From: Methanosarcinales archaeon
GTDB lineage: Archaea; Halobacteriota; UBA148; JAUWXC01
DNA: 64,000 nucleotides
NCBI GenBank assembly: GCA_026016205.1
Contig: CP061209.1
Coordinates: 448,433 to 512,432 of the forward strand
Reading direction: 5' to 3'
Numbering within the stretch: the first letter of the stretch is position 1; each line of letters starts with the position of its first letter. Below the pieces are notes generated by a model that saw nothing but the letters and a program-made list of their open reading frames with translations, made no database searches and was not told the origin of the DNA. Made by a program: the position numbers and the translations under genes. Positions 61,368 through 64,000 of the stretch are shown one piece after another.

Positions 61368-62276
61368 ATGTTCGATGTATTGAGGCGGAAAGTTGGCGCC
61401 TTCAAGAGTGATACCAAAACGCTCATTCTCGAACGTAAACTTGATGAAAAAAGCCTGGAAAAAACGCTACAGGCCTTTGAGTTAGCCCTTATCGAGAGCA
61501 ATATCGCGGTGCCTGTGGCAGAGGGCATCATTTCTTCTGTGAAGGCAGAGCTTCTTGGCACGAAAATAGGGCGGCGCGCCAATATTGACGAGATTCTGGA
61601 ATCGGCCCTGCAAAAAGCCATGATAAAAGTACTCTCAGCGAATGAATTTGATTTTGATGAGTACGTCAAGAAGGCGGAAAAGCCGGTTAACATCATCTTC
61701 GTGGGCGTAAACGGAACCGGCAAGACAACGACCGTTGCAAAGATTGCTCAGCGCCTAAAAAAGCAGGGGTATTCTGTTGTCATCGCATCCGCAGATACCT
61801 ACAGGGCAGGTGCGACCGAACAGATAGAAACTCATGCAGAGCGATTAAACCTCAAGGTGATTAAGCACCAGCTGGGTGGCGACCCCGCTGCCGTCGTATA
61901 TGATGGGGTGCAATATGCAAGAGCCAGGCACAAGGATATCGTCCTGGCAGATACCGCAGGGCGGATGCACACGAACGTGAATCTGATGGAAGAACTCAAG
62001 AAGATTGGACGGGTTACGAGCCCGGATTTAGTGATTTTTGTTGACGAGGCTACGGCAGGCAATGATGCAGTCGAGCGGGCAAAGAAATTTAACGATGCGG
62101 TGGGCATTGACGGGTCAATTCTGACGAAGGTGGATGTGGACGTGAAGGGCGGCGCTGCCATTTCAATCGCACACACCACAGGAAAGCCCATTCTATTTCT
62201 CGGAACGGGCCAGGAATATGATGATTTGGTTAAATTCCAGCCTGAATGGCTAGTGGACAAATTATTGGAGGGATAA
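61368..62276 (+). CDS. ftsY: SRP receptor FtsY
   Basis: GVNGTGKTTT, DTAGR, TKVD, GTGQEYDDL. Confidence 0.95.
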   Translation: MFDVLRRKVGAFKSDTKTLILERKLDEKSLEKTLQAFELALIESNIAVPVAEGIISSVKAELLGTKIGRRANIDEILESALQKAMIKVLSANEFDFDEYVKKAEKPVNIIFVGVNGTGKTTTVAKIAQRLKKQGYSVVIASADTYRAGATEQIETHAERLNLKVIKHQLGGDPAAVVYDGVQYARARHKDIVLADTAGRMHTNVNLMEELKKIGRVTSPDLVIFVDEATAGNDAVERAKKFNDAVGIDGSILTKVDVDVKGGAAISIAHTTGKPILFLGTGQEYDDLVKFQPEWLVDKLLEG

Positions 62277-62279
62277 AGA

Positions 62280-63575
62280 TTGCCAGACCTTGGTAGTTCT
62301 ATGCGCGCTGTGGTTAAAAAAGTCGTCAGGGCAGGAAGGATAGATGCCAGGACCGTAGATGAGATTGTCAAGGATGTTCAGAGGGCGCTGCTGCAGGCAG
62401 ATGTCAACGTTGAGCTGGTTATGCAACTGTCCTCTCAAATCAGGGAGAGGGCACTCAAGGAAAAGCCGCCTGCTGGCGCGAACCCAAGAGAGCATGTCAT
62501 AAAAATTATCTACGAGACGCTGGTCGAGATTATAGGAAAAGGCGTGGATGTGCCGCTAAAAGAGCAGAAGATATTGATGGTGGGACTGCACGGGTCTGGA
62601 AAGACCACCACTGTTGCGAAACTTGCCAGATTTTTCCAGCGGAAGGGGCTAAAACCCGCTGTCATCTGCGCTGACACGTACAGGCCCGGTGCCTATGCGC
62701 AGTTGAAGCAATTATGCGAGCAGATTGACGTTCCGTGCTACGGAGGCGGAAAAGCACCGCTCAAGATCGTTAAAGAGGGGCTGAAGGCGCTCAAGGGCGA
62801 CGTGATAATCGTCGATACCGCAGGGCGTCATGCTCTTGAGAAGGACATGATCAAGGAAATGAAGGATTTAGCCCGTATTCTGAAGCCGGACCAGAAAATC
62901 CTCGTCCTGGATGCGGCAATCGGCCAGGTGGCAGGCGCTCAGGCAAAGGCGTTTAACGATGCAGTTAGCATCACTGGCGTGATTCTGACCAAAATGGATG
63001 GCACTGCCAAGGGCGGAGGTGCCCTGTCAGCGGTGGCAGAAACGGGGGCGCCCATCGCCTTTATGGGAACCGGCGAAACGCCCGAGGATTTAGAGCGTTT
63101 TGACCCGGATGGTTACATCTCCAGGCTACTGGGCATGGGAGATATCAAAAGCCTAATTGAAAGGGCAGAAGAAAGCTTGGGCAAGGGCGAACTGGACGTG
63201 AAGGCAATGCTCAAGGGGAAGTTTACCCTGGAGGATATGTACAAACAGCTGGAGGCAATCAACAAACTTGGTCCCCTCAAACAGGTGATGCAGATGGTGC
63301 CGCTGGGCATGGAGGTTCCCGATGATGCATACGAGGTTACAAAGGACAGGTTAAAGAAATACAAGGTAATCATGGACTCCATGACGGATGAGGAGTTGAG
63401 AGAGCCAAAGATTATCGGGAGTTCCAGGATAAAAAGGATTGCCATAGGCTCTGGCACCGCAACAGAGGATGTGAGGGATTTATTGAAATATCACAAGATG
63501 ATGCAAACCGCAATGAAGGGGCTCAGGGGCGGAAAGTTCCCGATGCGAAAAATGATGAAGAGATTTAAGATATAA
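62280..63575 (+). CDS. srp54: Signal recognition particle protein SRP54
   Basis: [27 protein letters not shown], Met-rich M domain. Confidence 0.96.
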   Translation: MPDLGSSMRAVVKKVVRAGRIDARTVDEIVKDVQRALLQADVNVELVMQLSSQIRERALKEKPPAGANPREHVIKIIYETLVEIIGKGVDVPLKEQKILMVGLHGSGKTTTVAKLARFFQRKGLKPAVICADTYRPGAYAQLKQLCEQIDVPCYGGGKAPLKIVKEGLKALKGDVIIVDTAGRHALEKDMIKEMKDLARILKPDQKILVLDAAIGQVAGAQAKAFNDAVSITGVILTKMDGTAKGGGALSAVAETGAPIAFMGTGETPEDLERFDPDGYISRLLGMGDIKSLIERAEESLGKGELDVKAMLKGKFTLEDMYKQLEAINKLGPLKQVMQMVPLGMEVPDDAYEVTKDRLKKYKVIMDSMTDEELREPKIIGSSRIKRIAIGSGTATEDVRDLLKYHKMMQTAMKGLRGGKFPMRKMMKRFKI

Positions 63576-63620
63576 GAGGCAAATAGAAGCGAGTATAATA
63601 AAACAGAAAAGAGGTATAGT

Positions 63621-63803
63621 ATGAAAAAGGATTTGATGGACATTCTTGCTTGCCCAATGTGTAAAGGGGACCTGGAGCTGAAGGTTGAAGAAGAGAAAAA
63701 TGATGAGATAATCACTGGAACGCTCTATTGCGCAAAATGCGATGAGCGCTACCCCATCGAAGACGGGATTCCAAACCTACTGCCACCAGACCTGCGAGAA
63801 TGA
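63621..63803 (+). CDS. Trm112-like methyltransferase activator
   Basis: ILACPMCK...YPIEDGIPNLLPP. Confidence 0.9.
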   Translation: MKKDLMDILACPMCKGDLELKVEEEKNDEIITGTLYCAKCDERYPIEDGIPNLLPPDLRE

Positions 63804-63810
63804 TGCCAGT

Positions 63811-64000
63811 ATGACAAAACTACAGCAACGGATACATCTTAACAGAAGGGGTGTCAACTCGATTGAATTTGACACGCAAGAGCTGGTCGTACCGCTGGAG
63901 CCGGGAGAGGAGACCAGTTTCGATATCAATGTAATCAACTACGGAACGCCCACCCACATCCATTTGGCTGCTGTTGGAGATATCAGGGACAACGTCACGT
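63811..64000 (+). CDS. Conserved hypothetical protein, partial (runs off the window)
   Basis: My translation MTKLQQRIHLNRRGVNSIEF...NYGTPTHIHL, open to the window end. Confidence 0.65.
   Translation, partial: MTKLQQRIHLNRRGVNSIEFDTQELVVPLEPGEETSFDINVINYGTPTHIHLAAVGDIRDNVT

Overview
Gene-dense archaeal chromosome segment, most consistent with a Halobacteriota/Methanomicrobia-like lineage (inferred from PGF-CTERM proteins, alpha2 EndA, archaeal lipid enzymes and gene order). It is mostly core genes: replication (MCM, Orc1/Cdc6, TopA), translation (pheST, trpS, tyrS, gatCAB, aIF1A, aIF6, rps19e, rpl31e/39e/40e, Rio1, Dim2, Tsr3, Rpp21, SRP54/FtsY), lipid, NAD and nitrogen metabolism, and two tRNAs. 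Accessory parts are (i) an AT-rich defence island at about 17.06-21.8 kb, with two amino-methyltransferases, a BsaWI/CCGG-family restriction enzyme and an OLD-like ABC-ATPase-TOPRIM gene, which truncates a hicA toxin and lies between trpS and pheS; (ii) a run of uncharacterised membrane and surface protein genes at 44-49.4 kb; (iii) a small insert at 56.7-57.6 kb. Other oddities: a tRNA-Gly(TCC) whose 59-nt BHB intron holds two AT-rich hairpins, a probable CUG start for aIF1A overlapping the tyrS stop, a solo Cas4-like gene with an atypical catalytic motif coupled to cdc6, a glutaminase-less AsnB coupled to gatCAB, two single-base frameshifts, and no rplX in its usual operon slot. All family calls come from motif recognition by eye; no searches were run.
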